This document shows, one piece after another, positions 40,351-50,265 of a stretch of 64,000 nt of DNA. This DNA is from Candidatus Obscuribacteraceae bacterium. Its GTDB lineage: Bacteria > Cyanobacteriota > Vampirovibrionia > Obscuribacterales > Obscuribacteraceae. The notes beneath the pieces were generated by a model. That model was given only the letters and a program-made list of their open reading frames with translations, ran no database searches and had not been told where the DNA came from. Made by a program: the position numbers and the translations under genes. Each line of letters opens with the position of its first letter. The first letter of the stretch is position 1. The stretch covers positions 672,001 to 736,000 of the forward strand of contig JBGAHS010000003.1 in assembly GCA_044226015.1 (NCBI GenBank), written 5' to 3'.

Positions 40351-41292
40351 ATGAAAACACAGACCGAACTGGAGATTGAAAACATTCTCCAGCGCATCGC
40401 GTTCTGCGCTATTCCGATCAACTGGAAGTCGGAAAACCCGATGCCCGGTGTCGGAGAGCGCAAGAGTCGCTATCGCGGTCCGGGGGCTGACTACGTGGAG
40501 TTCGTGCCATTCGAAGATGGTGACGACCCACGCCACATCAACTGGGCAATGACGGCACGCGCTACCGATGACGATGTCATCTGGCGTACCGTTCATCAGG
40601 AAGAGAAGGAAATTCGGAGCGTGGTGCTGGTGAAAGCCGGCCACTCGATGGATTTCGGCACGGTGCGCACGACCAAGCGCCACGTGGCTGCGGAGATGGC
40701 TGCGTCCATCTACTTCGCGCTGGACAAGACCCGTGACAAAGCGGGGCTCATCTTGTACTCGCGTGATGCCGTACTTCAGGACCTGCCTTGCCGTCAGGCG
40801 ATGAGCACCCTCTACCCTGCGCTGGAATCAATCATCGAATGCGACCCTTACGCACCCACTGCAATCGAGCAGCAAGGTGACGGGTTGTCTAAAGCGCTCA
40901 GCGGATTGCCGACGCAACGCTCGCTCGTCTTCATCGTCTCCGACTTCGAAGACATGAGTGAGAAAGACTGGCGTGAACTGGGCAACGCCGCTTGCTATCA
41001 CGACGTGGTCTGCATCTACGTGCAAGACCGTCGTGAGCGCGAGCTTCCCCCACTGCCGGGCATGCTCGGCTTCCTGGGCTGCTTCTACCGGATTCAGGAC
41101 TACAGCGGCCGCTCTCGTCTCATCTGGAATAACGCCCGCACCCGCCGTATCTACAGCGACAACTTCAAGAAGCACGAGGCGAAAATCCTCTCTGCTCTGG
41201 AAGAACGTCTCTGCCAGACGATGGTTGTGAGCACCGAAGAGGGCGATGCAGCCATCCCCAAAATCCTCGACCTGTTCACAGGTCACTGCTGA
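40351..41292 (+). CDS. DUF58 / MxaS-like degenerate vWA protein, cluster 1
   Basis: G.G.DY.E, GDDPRHINW..TAR, SMDFGT...TK, D..GL and FIVSDF. Confidence 0.88.
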   Translation: MKTQTELEIENILQRIAFCAIPINWKSENPMPGVGERKSRYRGPGADYVEFVPFEDGDDPRHINWAMTARATDDDVIWRTVHQEEKEIRSVVLVKAGHSMDFGTVRTTKRHVAAEMAASIYFALDKTRDKAGLILYSRDAVLQDLPCRQAMSTLYPALESIIECDPYAPTAIEQQGDGLSKALSGLPTQRSLVFIVSDFEDMSEKDWRELGNAACYHDVVCIYVQDRRERELPPLPGMLGFLGCFYRIQDYSGRSRLIWNNARTRRIYSDNFKKHEAKILSALEERLCQTMVVSTEEGDAAIPKILDLFTGHC

Positions 41293-41303
41293 AAGGTAAA
41301 CAC

Positions 41304-42341
41304 ATGAAAAACAACAAATTCCTTTCTATGATGTTCGCCGCCCTCTTCGCGATTGGGTTCTTCGCCGCTGGCAACAGCCCGGCGATGGCCCAGTCGGAAG
41401 ACGATGGCTTCCCGTTTCCACCGCAGCAAGAAGCTGCGGCTCCGGCGCCCCAGAACCCGATGGTCAAGTCGATGGACTCGGGGCGCCTCATCATCGCCGT
41501 CGGTTCACCGCGTAACTTCGGTTACCGCATCGGCGACCTGATTCCCGTGACGATGGTGGTGTCCGCGGACAAGAACGTGCAAGTCAACCTCGAAGCGATT
41601 CGTCGCAAGACGCTAAGCTCGGAGGGCTCGGACTTCGAACTTGTCGGGGCACCATCGGTAGTGCAAGAGCAGCAAGGTGAGAAAACCATCTGGCGCGTGC
41701 AGCTCTTACTGCGCAGCTGGGTAATCAAACCGGTGCTCGTGTTCAACTGCGACTTCCACTTCGCCAGCGAGCTGCTGCCCGACGGTAAGACCCCCAACTG
41801 GCGGCCGGTCAGCTCACCTGACTTTGTTGTGGAGATGTCAAACATCGCTACCGAAGCAGCAAAGGAACTGCTGCCCGGCGACATGGACTTGAAGGAGAGT
41901 CCTAAGCCGGCGCTGGTGCAACCGCTGAAATATGCGGGTTATCTGGCGTTCTCGCTGCTGCCTGCATGGTTGCTCTGGCAGCTCTGGTGCCGCGTGCGTC
42001 CGCGTCGCCCGGTGACGACAGCTGAACGCGCCTGGATGGAGTTCGATCAGGTCATGGCAGATGCACAGTCTGCTGGTGGTCTGAAGTACGAACACCTCTT
42101 CCGTATCTCGGGCACTTTGCGCAGCTACCTGTGCATCGAAGCTGTACCGACTTCGGAAGTGGCCATCCCGCTTGAGCAGTTCTTCTCGATGCATGATGAC
42201 CGCCTCGAGCTGATGACCATCACGGTCAGTGCACTCTCCAAACTGGAACGCGCTCTCTACAGCAAGAGCGAACTCACCAGCGAAGAGCAGTTCACTCTGA
42301 TGCGCGAAATCGAGCGCATCGTGCCACGACCGCTCAACTAA
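41304..42341 (+). CDS. MxaA/BatD-like single-pass membrane protein, cluster 1
   Basis: Signal peptide, PRNFGYRIGD beta-rich domain, TM helix and a helical C-terminal domain (AW.E, LRSYL). Confidence 0.7.
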   Translation: MKNNKFLSMMFAALFAIGFFAAGNSPAMAQSEDDGFPFPPQQEAAAPAPQNPMVKSMDSGRLIIAVGSPRNFGYRIGDLIPVTMVVSADKNVQVNLEAIRRKTLSSEGSDFELVGAPSVVQEQQGEKTIWRVQLLLRSWVIKPVLVFNCDFHFASELLPDGKTPNWRPVSSPDFVVEMSNIATEAAKELLPGDMDLKESPKPALVQPLKYAGYLAFSLLPAWLLWQLWCRVRPRRPVTTAERAWMEFDQVMADAQSAGGLKYEHLFRISGTLRSYLCIEAVPTSEVAIPLEQFFSMHDDRLELMTITVSALSKLERALYSKSELTSEEQFTLMREIERIVPRPLN

Positions 42342-42541
42342 CCAAGACGAACGAGACGCTAAGAATCGTTCAATACCGCAACAGGGGTCCTCGGTAATTC
42401 ACTGAGGACCCCTGAGCTTTTCCCGAGTCAGCATCGAGCCAGAGTCCTCGCACCAAATGCGGTGCGGGGACTCTGGCGTTTCTCTGGAGTTTTTATCCCG
42501 CGACAGTCAGTCGCAACACCACTAGATTGGAGAGAATCCAA

Positions 42542-44059
42542 ATGAAAAAGACACTTTTGAGCTTTATTGCTCTCGGCGCGTTCGCCGTCGGCAGCATCTT
42601 CTACACCGCCCCGGTGAACGCTCAAGCTCCCGCAGGCGGTCCTGTCATCAACAGCCCGGCGGCACCACCTCCGGTGGCGAAGCCCCAAGCGGCGTTCGAT
42701 GGTCCGTCCCTCTACAAGGCTGCCTTCGAGCAGATCCGTGACTTGCACATCGAACTCAGCACTCCGGAGAAGGTCGCCGCCTTCACCAAGGAGTGGGAAC
42801 ATAAGTTCGACCAGACCGGAGAACTCAAAACTGAGGAAGGCACTGACAAAGCCATTCTCAAGATGATGCAGTCTCTCGGTCAACGCTTCGACTACAGCTT
42901 CGACAAGGAAGCCACCCAAGCCGAAGCCAACCAGGTCGACGCCACGCTCATCGGCATCGGCGCGACGATGAAGCTGAACAAGCTTGCCGAAATCGTCAAG
43001 TCACTGCCGAAGGACTCGAAGCCTGAGGACGTGAAGAAAGCAATCGCCATCAGCAATGAGAACCACTTGCTCATCGAAGAGCCTCTGGAAGGTGGACCTG
43101 CTGAAAAGGCAGGGTTGAAGCCTGGCGACATCGTCCGCAAGGTCGACGACAAAGACGTGAACGGCATGCAAATGACTGAAGCCATCAAGTCCATCAAGGG
43201 CAAGGAAGGCACCTCAGTCAAGCTCACGATTGAACGAACGACTGATGGCAAGACTGAAACCCTGGATGTGACTGTCGGTCGCGCCAAGGTGACGGTTCCG
43301 GATGCAACGTTCAAAGACCTGGGCGACGGCATGTCCTATGTCCGTCTGCGCGACTTCATGTCGAAAAACGCCGTCAAGGAAATGAATGACGCACTGAAGA
43401 AGGCAGCTAAGGGCAAGGGTCTCATCCTCGACCTGCGCGGTAACCCCGGCGGTAGCCTGACGGCTGTCCTGACGATGTGCGGCATGCTCATGGAAGATGG
43501 TCCGATTCTTGTGACTCGGTCTCGCAACGGTGACCGCATCACCGAAGAAGAAATCGTTCTGAACAAAAAGTTCGTACAGAACATTTCTCCGTCCGCCAGC
43601 GACCCCAACAACCTGGAAATCTCGGCTGGTCCTCGCACCAAGCTCATCATCCCCGCCGACATGCCCATCGTGGTGTTGGTTGATGAGGGCTCGGCAAGTG
43701 CTTCCGAAATTCTCTCGGGTGCTCTGCAACACAATCACCGCGCCACCGTTGTCGGCATGCCGACCGTTGGTAAGGGCGTTGGTCAAACCGTAGTGAAGTT
43801 GCCCTTCGGCCGCAGTCTCCATGTCACGAGCTTTGAATTCATCCCCGGTCGTACTCCCAACGACTGGATCGGTGTGATTCCCAACGTCAAAATCGAGCGC
43901 GGCGAAGACCCCAAGGTCGACGCTCAACTCGACAAGGCGAAGGAACTCATCGTTCCGATGATAAAGGCAGTGGAAGACACGCGCACTCAGCGCGACGAAC
44001 AACTCAAGAAGCATCATGAGGAGTTCGAGAAGGAACTGAAGGAACGCAACAAGAACTAA
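42542..44059 (+). CDS. ctpA: S41A C-terminal processing protease (CtpA/Prc-like) with PDZ, secreted
   Basis: Signal peptide, GIG PDZ loop, PAEKAGLKPGD, DLRGNPGG, SASASEI (catalytic Ser), T.GKG (catalytic Lys) and G..P. Confidence 0.92.
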   Translation: MKKTLLSFIALGAFAVGSIFYTAPVNAQAPAGGPVINSPAAPPPVAKPQAAFDGPSLYKAAFEQIRDLHIELSTPEKVAAFTKEWEHKFDQTGELKTEEGTDKAILKMMQSLGQRFDYSFDKEATQAEANQVDATLIGIGATMKLNKLAEIVKSLPKDSKPEDVKKAIAISNENHLLIEEPLEGGPAEKAGLKPGDIVRKVDDKDVNGMQMTEAIKSIKGKEGTSVKLTIERTTDGKTETLDVTVGRAKVTVPDATFKDLGDGMSYVRLRDFMSKNAVKEMNDALKKAAKGKGLILDLRGNPGGSLTAVLTMCGMLMEDGPILVTRSRNGDRITEEEIVLNKKFVQNISPSASDPNNLEISAGPRTKLIIPADMPIVVLVDEGSASASEILSGALQHNHRATVVGMPTVGKGVGQTVVKLPFGRSLHVTSFEFIPGRTPNDWIGVIPNVKIERGEDPKVDAQLDKAKELIVPMIKAVEDTRTQRDEQLKKHHEEFEKELKERNKN

Positions 44060-44098
44060 GTTTCTCGTGCTGAGACCGCAAGGTCTCGAACTCAACCA

Positions 44099-44135
44099 GG
44101 GGAGCCAGCATTGGGCTGGCTCCCCGTTTTTCTTT
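44099..44135 (+). terminator. intrinsic terminator between the two S41 genes
   Basis: GGGGAGCCAGC-ATTGG-GCTGGCTCCCC followed by GTTTTTCTTT. Confidence 0.7.
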
Positions 44136-44153
44136 CACAGGAGATTCTGTTTT

Positions 44154-45737
44154 ATGAAAATCACAACTGCAATCGCCGCTCTGCTGCTGACCCTGAGCAT
44201 GGGCACTGCCAATGCGCAGGTCCCGCAAGACGAGAGCCTCGCGCCGCCGTCTCAGGAGAACAACAAGCCCGCTGTGACGATGCCTCAGCAGCAGGCAGAG
44301 CCGACCGAAGACGAAGACGAAGAGATCATCATCATTCCCGGACCCAAAATCGGCAAGCCGGGCAAGCCGCAGATGACACCTGCGATGTTCGAGATGCTCT
44401 ACCAGGCTGTCTGGGCGAAGGTCGGCAAGGAATATCAGGACCCCTACAAGCTCAACGAATGGGCGTCCTGGCAGAACAAATACAAGGGCAAGCTGAAGAC
44501 GCCGGAAGACCTCGACGCAGCCATCAAGGACATGCTCGGCAGCTTGAAAGACCGCTGGACCGTTTACTACGCACCTAGCGACCTGAAGGCCCAAGAAAAG
44601 GCGCACAAGGAAGGCATGCTCAGCGTCGGCATGCTCGTTCGCAAGCACAGCGACAACCTCTGGCACATCGACAACCTCTCCTTCAACTCGCCAGCGATGC
44701 TGTCCAAGTTGCGGGAAGGTGATGTGATCAAGTCAGTCAATGGCAAGCAACTCGACACGCTCAACGCCAGCCAGGTTTCCGACCTGCTCAAAGGCAAGGA
44801 AGGGGAGAAGCTGGCCATCGTTGCGGTGATGGATGGTGCAGAGCAAACCGTCGAGTTGACATTTGCACCGCAAGGTGAGGATGAAGTCGCGCTTGGTATG
44901 CTTCCCGGCAACATCCTGTACATTCGGCTGCCCACCTTCGTTTCGGAAGAGACGGTAGGCGAGTTCATGCAGGCGCTGGGACAGGCCTGGGAAGCGTCGC
45001 AAGGACAAATCAACGGGCTTGTCTTCGACTTGCGTTACAACTCGGGGGGGCTGGTGACCATGGCACTCTCGGTCTCGTCGGCGTTCCTTGAGAATGGCAC
45101 CGTGACTGCTACCACGACTCGGCAGGACCGCAGCGTTCAGGAGACTCGTTACAACGTGATTCCTGTGCCGCATTACCTTGAGTCGCGAATGCCGAAGGAC
45201 GCGGCGATGTTCACACACTTCCTGCAGACGGTACCAATGGTGGTGCTGACCAACGGTTCAACTGCAAGTGCTTCGGAAATCACCACCGGTGCTCTGAAGG
45301 ATAACGGACGAGCCTATGTCATCGGAACCCACACTTTCGGAAAAGCAGTGGGCTACACTCGGGAAGGAATGCCGAACGGTGGGGTGCTGCAGGTCACAAA
45401 CCTCAGCTATCTCACGCCGAACGGTTCCAACATCGCAGACAAGGGCATCATGCCCGACAAGGTTGTGAACCAACCTCGTGGTCAAGCCATCATGGGTGAA
45501 AACGACGAGCAACTGCAAGCCGCTCACGAGCATCTGATGAAGATTGCCGTTCAGCGTGCTAAGCAGCTCGCCGACGCTCAGAAGCTGTCCACGAAGGGAC
45601 ACACCGATGTCGACGCAAAGAAGTCCGCGCCATTTGTCTGGCATCCGCTGTACATCCTACTTGCCACTGTCGGCGGTAGCTCTGTACTGCTGCTTGTTCT
45701 CTTTGGCGCAAGCAAGCTGAAGCGCAGCAAGCGCTAA
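44154..45737 (+). CDS. ctpA: S41A protease with PDZ and C-terminal TM anchor
   Basis: CAGGAG RBS, signal peptide, DLRYNSGG, TASASEI, TFGKA, C-terminal TM and SKLKRSKR tail. Confidence 0.9.
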   Translation: MKITTAIAALLLTLSMGTANAQVPQDESLAPPSQENNKPAVTMPQQQAEPTEDEDEEIIIIPGPKIGKPGKPQMTPAMFEMLYQAVWAKVGKEYQDPYKLNEWASWQNKYKGKLKTPEDLDAAIKDMLGSLKDRWTVYYAPSDLKAQEKAHKEGMLSVGMLVRKHSDNLWHIDNLSFNSPAMLSKLREGDVIKSVNGKQLDTLNASQVSDLLKGKEGEKLAIVAVMDGAEQTVELTFAPQGEDEVALGMLPGNILYIRLPTFVSEETVGEFMQALGQAWEASQGQINGLVFDLRYNSGGLVTMALSVSSAFLENGTVTATTTRQDRSVQETRYNVIPVPHYLESRMPKDAAMFTHFLQTVPMVVLTNGSTASASEITTGALKDNGRAYVIGTHTFGKAVGYTREGMPNGGVLQVTNLSYLTPNGSNIADKGIMPDKVVNQPRGQAIMGENDEQLQAAHEHLMKIAVQRAKQLADAQKLSTKGHTDVDAKKSAPFVWHPLYILLATVGGSSVLLLVLFGASKLKRSKR

Positions 45738-45837
45738 GCACACGACAACCAGAGAGAGGGTCGATACAATACTCGACCCTCTCTTCTGGCTCGGCTTTCA
45801 TACCAGTTCAAACAAACACTAACCTGGAGGCAGAGTC

Positions 45838-46188
45838 ATGCGCGTTCCACAATACTTCGGACTGAACGATTGGGCAAAGAAGCTCGTGACAAGGAAACAG
45901 AAGGTCCGCGAGTTCGGCGTACAGGTCTTCGCTGACGGCAAGCGCAAGCGCTTCAACCGCTGGCGTCGGGTTCCTGTCGCGCGAGTGCAAGATGCCGGCG
46001 TCATCAAAGGCATCGGACACATCGTCGCCAAACTTCATCGCTACACTCTTCCCGGCGGCGAGGTGCTTACCGAATACGTCCAAGCTGTGGTTCCCTGCGG
46101 CGGACCTTGCTACTACATCGCACTCAAAGACAAACACGGCAAGGTCGTACAAGAGTCGCTCTGGAGCAAAGACGAACTCACGGGTTGA
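45838..46188 (+). CDS. basic hypothetical protein
   Basis: GGAGG RBS. Followed by hairpin AGAAAGTGGCGCAGAGC-GAAA-GCTTTGCGTCACTTTTT. Confidence 0.7.
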   Translation: MRVPQYFGLNDWAKKLVTRKQKVREFGVQVFADGKRKRFNRWRRVPVARVQDAGVIKGIGHIVAKLHRYTLPGGEVLTEYVQAVVPCGGPCYYIALKDKHGKVVQESLWSKDELTG

Positions 46189-46413
46189 ACCGGTGTAGTT
46201 CCAGCAAGGTGCTAAACACACACTGCTGAGGCAAGAGAAAGTGGCGCAGAGCGAAAGCTTTGCGTCACTTTTTCTGCTTTTTCATCTTTTTGGATTCTCA
46301 GGGCAAAATCCAATTCAAGAAAAAAATGAGGCTTTATACTATATGCCTAAATAGATCAAACGGAAAGAAAGAAGGATGCGAAAGGGGCATTTGCAGCCCC
46401 TCTCGCAAAACCT

Positions 46414-46800
46414 TCAGTCCTTCTTCTCCTTATCCTCAGGGCAGCGACGGCGAGCCATGCGCCAGAGCGCTTCGTTGAAGCGGCGATGGCTTTCGCGACG
46501 GTTCTTCACTTCTTCCCGAGCCATAGCGCCCATCAGCATGACGGCCGCTGAAATGGGAATCAGGAAGAATGAGATGAAGAGCGACGCAACGCCGATGGCT
46601 GCGAAGGGAACCCAGGTGAAGACGAACTCGGGAGAGCGCATCAAAGTCACCGCGAAGATGACGAAGAAAACGCAAGCCCCGTTGAACCATGAGCTGAAGA
46701 AGCCGTTCCACCCCTGGCCCTCCCCCCAGTAGCGCTCGAATGAGTTGCGCGTCTGACGGAAGAACCAGTAGTCGGGATGAAGTGCTCTGAGCCATTCCAT
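46414..46800 (-). CDS. hypothetical 2-TM membrane protein
   Basis: GGAG RBS, two hydrophobic segments, hairpin after the stop. Confidence 0.65.
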   Translation of the reverse strand: MEWLRALHPDYWFFRQTRNSFERYWGEGQGWNGFFSSWFNGACVFFVIFAVTLMRSPEFVFTWVPFAAIGVASLFISFFLIPISAAVMLMGAMAREEVKNRRESHRRFNEALWRMARRRCPEDKEKKD

Positions 46801-47146
46801 GGCAGAACTCCGTATTTGAAGCTTCTATTTTGTTTGCTTTGCTCTCAGGTAAGTCCAGATTTCCAAATCCGAGAAGATGGACTTAGAAGCAACAGGATTC
46901 AGGCTAGTTGGATTTGAGAGTTTTCCTGATTGCCTCGAAAGAAAAGAAATTGAACTAAGAGCAGTCTCCACTTTAGAAAGTTTGGGCTCATGAATTCAAG
47001 TTTTTCTGGACTGGGCCGATGCAAATTAGCTCTGGAACGGGCTTTCTTAGAGCGTTTAAAATACAAAAAGCGAAATAGCGCAGGGCTGGCAAGTCAAAGA
47101 CTGCCAGCCCCGTGCTTCTTTCTAGCCTAGCGAATGCGCTTGATGC

Positions 47147-47674
47147 TCAGCTCTGCTTGAAGCTGAAGAGCCCATCGAGGAACGACCAGAGCGGCGCCAG
47201 TTCGAAGTCGCTGGGGTCATAGAGAGCGGCGCGGAACTCGGGATACTCCTGGCAATAGCGCTGGAATTTCTCGGGCTTGTTCTTGCGGCTGCTCACGCCG
47301 TTGGCACCGCGGTCGCAGAGCTTGACGATGATGGACTTGCGATTGGAAGCGATGCGCGGAAGGCTGATCTTCTTCTTCTCTTCGCGAGTACCCGTTTTGG
47401 GATCGCTCAGGCAATCGACGATGGCGCAGACGGTCGCCGGGAAGCCGACATTGTACATGTCGCGCACCGAACGCCCCGTGTCTTCCGGCACGTCATGAGC
47501 CTGACAGCCCATCATGACTTCGAGGTCGTCACCGAAGCCGAACGCAACAGCGAAGCTGGCGACAATGTCGAGATGACCTTCGCCGTAGCTCTTGCCCTCG
47601 TAGTCCTGACCGACACGACGGTGTTGTTCGTGACACCAGTGTCGCGCCTTTTTGTAACTTATTGTTCCAGACAT
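47147..47674 (-). CDS. stand-alone HD-domain hydrolase of the RelA/SpoT (small alarmone hydrolase, Mesh1-like) type
   Basis: H...GQ.Y...Y..H, HDVPEDT, V..LSD and VKLCDR.AN motifs; GGGAG RBS before ATG 47674. Confidence 0.82.
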   Translation of the reverse strand: MSGTISYKKARHWCHEQHRRVGQDYEGKSYGEGHLDIVASFAVAFGFGDDLEVMMGCQAHDVPEDTGRSVRDMYNVGFPATVCAIVDCLSDPKTGTREEKKKISLPRIASNRKSIIVKLCDRGANGVSSRKNKPEKFQRYCQEYPEFRAALYDPSDFELAPLWSFLDGLFSFKQS

Positions 47675-47739
47675 GAGATTTCTCCCTTGCAGAAAACATC
47701 TGAGAGTCACCACGGATGGTGACTCTCTGTTTGCGGCGA

Positions 47740-47976
47740 CTAGCGTCGACGCGAGTTGACAGCCGGACGCAACACCGGGGGCATAAGCCCACCGGCAGCG
47801 ACGGCCGCGAGCGCCTCGGCGAAGCTCGCCACGGGCGGCACGTAGATGGCCGGCACCTGGTTGCGAATCAGCCGAAAGCGCGCGTTGAACTCCTCGACAC
47901 GGCGCAGGCGACCGAAGACGGGGCGCTCGAAGTCGCGGTTGTCGACGACGACGGACGGACGGAAACCATTGCTCAT
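47740..47976 (-). CDS. small hypothetical protein
   Basis: CAGGAG RBS, GC3 bias, sits in a co-oriented run. Confidence 0.55.
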   Translation of the reverse strand: MSNGFRPSVVVDNRDFERPVFGRLRRVEEFNARFRLIRNQVPAIYVPPVASFAEALAAVAAGGLMPPVLRPAVNSRRR

Positions 47977-48017
47977 GTTTTGCTCCTGTGTTTCAGTGTG
48001 ACAGAATCGTGAAGCGA

Positions 48018-48497
48018 TCAGGCAGCGAGAATCTGCTGCAGACGGTCGCTCGTGAGTTCACCATCGCGCTGCAGCTCGGCGCTGATCGTGTCGATGAGCC
48101 CGCGATTGTCGTTGATGAGATTGCAGGCATTCACCATGCAATCCACCAGAATCTGCCGGTCATAGTCCGGGCTTTCGCAGCGCCAGTTGGGCTTCGTCGT
48201 GTCGGCACAGCGCAGCGCAAGCTCCCTGGCCTGGTCCATCTCGGAGCCAAAGCTGGTCATCTGGCTCTCGGGGTCGAAGAGGCGCTCGGCGACGAAGCCG
48301 CTGACAGCGACGGTGATCTGGCGCCGCATCTCCTGTTCGGAGATTTCGGCGACAGCGTCGGTGCCAGCGAAGTGAACGAACGCTTCCTCGTCCGGCGGGT
48401 CGAGCTTCAGCAGCGTGACCGGGGGTCCGTCGAGAGCCGCGTTGATCATCGTAATCGCGCTGACGTGCATCGCGACGGCAAGATTGGACTGATTCAT
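48018..48497 (-). CDS. M41 (FtsH protease domain)-like protein, probably catalytically degenerate
   Basis: I.V.VSGFVAE.LF, GSEMDQA and I..I..EL...GELT motifs resemble stand-alone M41 domains. The HEAGH position reads HVSAI. Confidence 0.55.
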   Translation of the reverse strand: MNQSNLAVAMHVSAITMINAALDGPPVTLLKLDPPDEEAFVHFAGTDAVAEISEQEMRRQITVAVSGFVAERLFDPESQMTSFGSEMDQARELALRCADTTKPNWRCESPDYDRQILVDCMVNACNLINDNRGLIDTISAELQRDGELTSDRLQQILAA

Positions 48498-48570
48498 CTT
48501 TCACCTTGAGTTGGAAGTTTTGCCAACGAAGCCACCACCAGCGGTGACTCCCATTCTGCGGCGTCTGCGC

Positions 48571-49326
48571 TCAGGAAGCCGAAACTTCGCTGAGCGTGCC
48601 GCGGCGAATCAGGCACGACAGGAGATGCATGCGCCCGGAGAAGGCTTTCGCCTCGTTGAGAACGCGCGCCGCTGCGCTCATATCGCGCGCCTCGACATGC
48701 GACTGCACACGCTCGAGAGCAGCACGCGATTTCTCGCGCAGCTCGGACGGGTCGGCCGCGAACGTGATGAAGCCACGAAGCGAGTTGCTGGAGTCCGTCT
48801 CGTCGGTGGACTTCAGAGTACGAGCCTCGACCTTGCTGTCACGCTCGAACGCACGCCGGGCATTGACGAGTTCGTCGAGGAACCAGTTGGCCGTGCGAAT
48901 GTCGCCGTCGACCTGGAACTGCAGCAAGAAGGCCTTGTCGATGTCGGCACAGACGGAGGGATCCACCGCGACCAGACCGGACTCATCGAGCAGATGGCTG
49001 TACGAGGAAGTGCTGGCGAGCGAGTCGGCGATCCCCTTTTCGAAGGCGCTCACGTCGAAGCCCCGAGCCGCAAGCCGGGTCAACTCGGTGCGGATGCGCT
49101 CGCCGACGCCGAAGTAGGAGCTCGAGATCGTGCCGAAGTCACGGAACTCCAGGTCGACGATGTCGTCGTCGGCAGCGAAATTCCCGGCGGGGAAGTCCAC
49201 GAAGAGGCAGGCGTGCTCGCTCGGGTCGCGCCCGATGAAATTGCAGACCGGTCCGCTCGGGAACTCCCCATCACGAACCAGCTCGTTGAAGTCGCCGACA
49301 ACGAAATCGAGGGTTTGATCAACCAT
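48571..49326 (-). CDS. acidic hypothetical protein
   Basis: CAGGAG RBS before ATG 49326; GC3 bias. Confidence 0.65.
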   Translation of the reverse strand: MVDQTLDFVVGDFNELVRDGEFPSGPVCNFIGRDPSEHACLFVDFPAGNFAADDDIVDLEFRDFGTISSSYFGVGERIRTELTRLAARGFDVSAFEKGIADSLASTSSYSHLLDESGLVAVDPSVCADIDKAFLLQFQVDGDIRTANWFLDELVNARRAFERDSKVEARTLKSTDETDSSNSLRGFITFAADPSELREKSRAALERVQSHVEARDMSAAARVLNEAKAFSGRMHLLSCLIRRGTLSEVSAS

Positions 49327-49395
49327 GATGATTTCTCCTGCTTGGAAGGCACTTTGTGCCCTGGGTTTCATCAAAAGATCGGCCGCCTGAAGAGG

Positions 49396-49698
49396 TCAGT
49401 CGATGTGAAGTTCCAGCCGCAGCTCAGCTGCTACAGCCTCGGCAAGAGCAAGAACCTTGCCCTCGTCGTCAGTCCAGCACTCGAAAGCGCTGAAACCTTC
49501 ATGGCGAATCTGGTTGAACACCAGCGGTATGCCAGACTTCTTCGCCAGATCAGTCACGGTGTACTCGAAGTCCCAACGCTCAGAATCTGGAATTTCCAGA
49601 GAGCAGGGCCGGTGAGCGACAAAGCCACTGTCGTTAGCAAGGTTTTCACCGAGCAAGAACCAGTGATTGCCGTCGTACTTGTTGAGTCGCAATTTCAT
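49396..49698 (-). CDS. hypothetical protein
   Basis: CAGGAG RBS upstream; first gene of the minus-strand run. Confidence 0.6.
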   Translation of the reverse strand: MKLRLNKYDGNHWFLLGENLANDSGFVAHRPCSLEIPDSERWDFEYTVTDLAKKSGIPLVFNQIRHEGFSAFECWTDDEGKVLALAEAVAAELRLELHID

Positions 49699-50265
49699 CG
49701 CATGTTTCTCCTGTTAGTCTTGCAATCAGCAGAGAACCGCAAGGGAAACGGCAAATAGTCAGCATTCTGACTGCTTGCCGTTTCTCTCATGCTCTTAACA
49801 GAAAGCGAAGACGCGCGATTGTTTGTTAGTGAACGAGACAAGGAGATCCATCAAGATGGTAAGAAGACTAGAGGCAAGAAGCTTGATGGATAGATGTTTG
49901 TAGAGGATCTCCCTGGTGTTTGCGAAAGGCAATGAAAGTGTGATTTAAACCTAACAAAATCTATGGCCCAAACAAAATTCTCTGCGTCGTGCCCACAGAG
50001 CACAAGCCAGTGTTCATGCGCCTTTCCGGCGAGCACCGTTCTACCCATGGCAACAACACGTAGTAGCCTGGCTAGTACATCCTAAATGAGCACTCAGTTG
50101 CAGCGAAAATGCACATACAGAAACTGAAAATGAGTGTCTTTATTTAAGGAAAAACTGCATATTTAGCCAGCTGTAAAAGCCCTGCTATAGGTTACCAAGA
50201 AAGACCTTTATTGGGTTTGTGTGGTAAATTCATCAGCTATTCGGTCGACTGATGAGCGGAAGAAA

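Noticed and set aside
36314..42341. Calling the clusters a methanol-oxidation (mxa) locus
   Set aside because: No mxaF/xoxF, mxaI, mxaJ, cytochrome cL or pqq genes are in the window. Only the chaperone-type architecture is shared, so mxa/bat symbols were not assigned.
45838..49698. Prophage or integrative element between the two MoxR clusters
   Set aside because: No integrase, terminase, capsid or tail genes, tRNA target or att direct repeats were seen.
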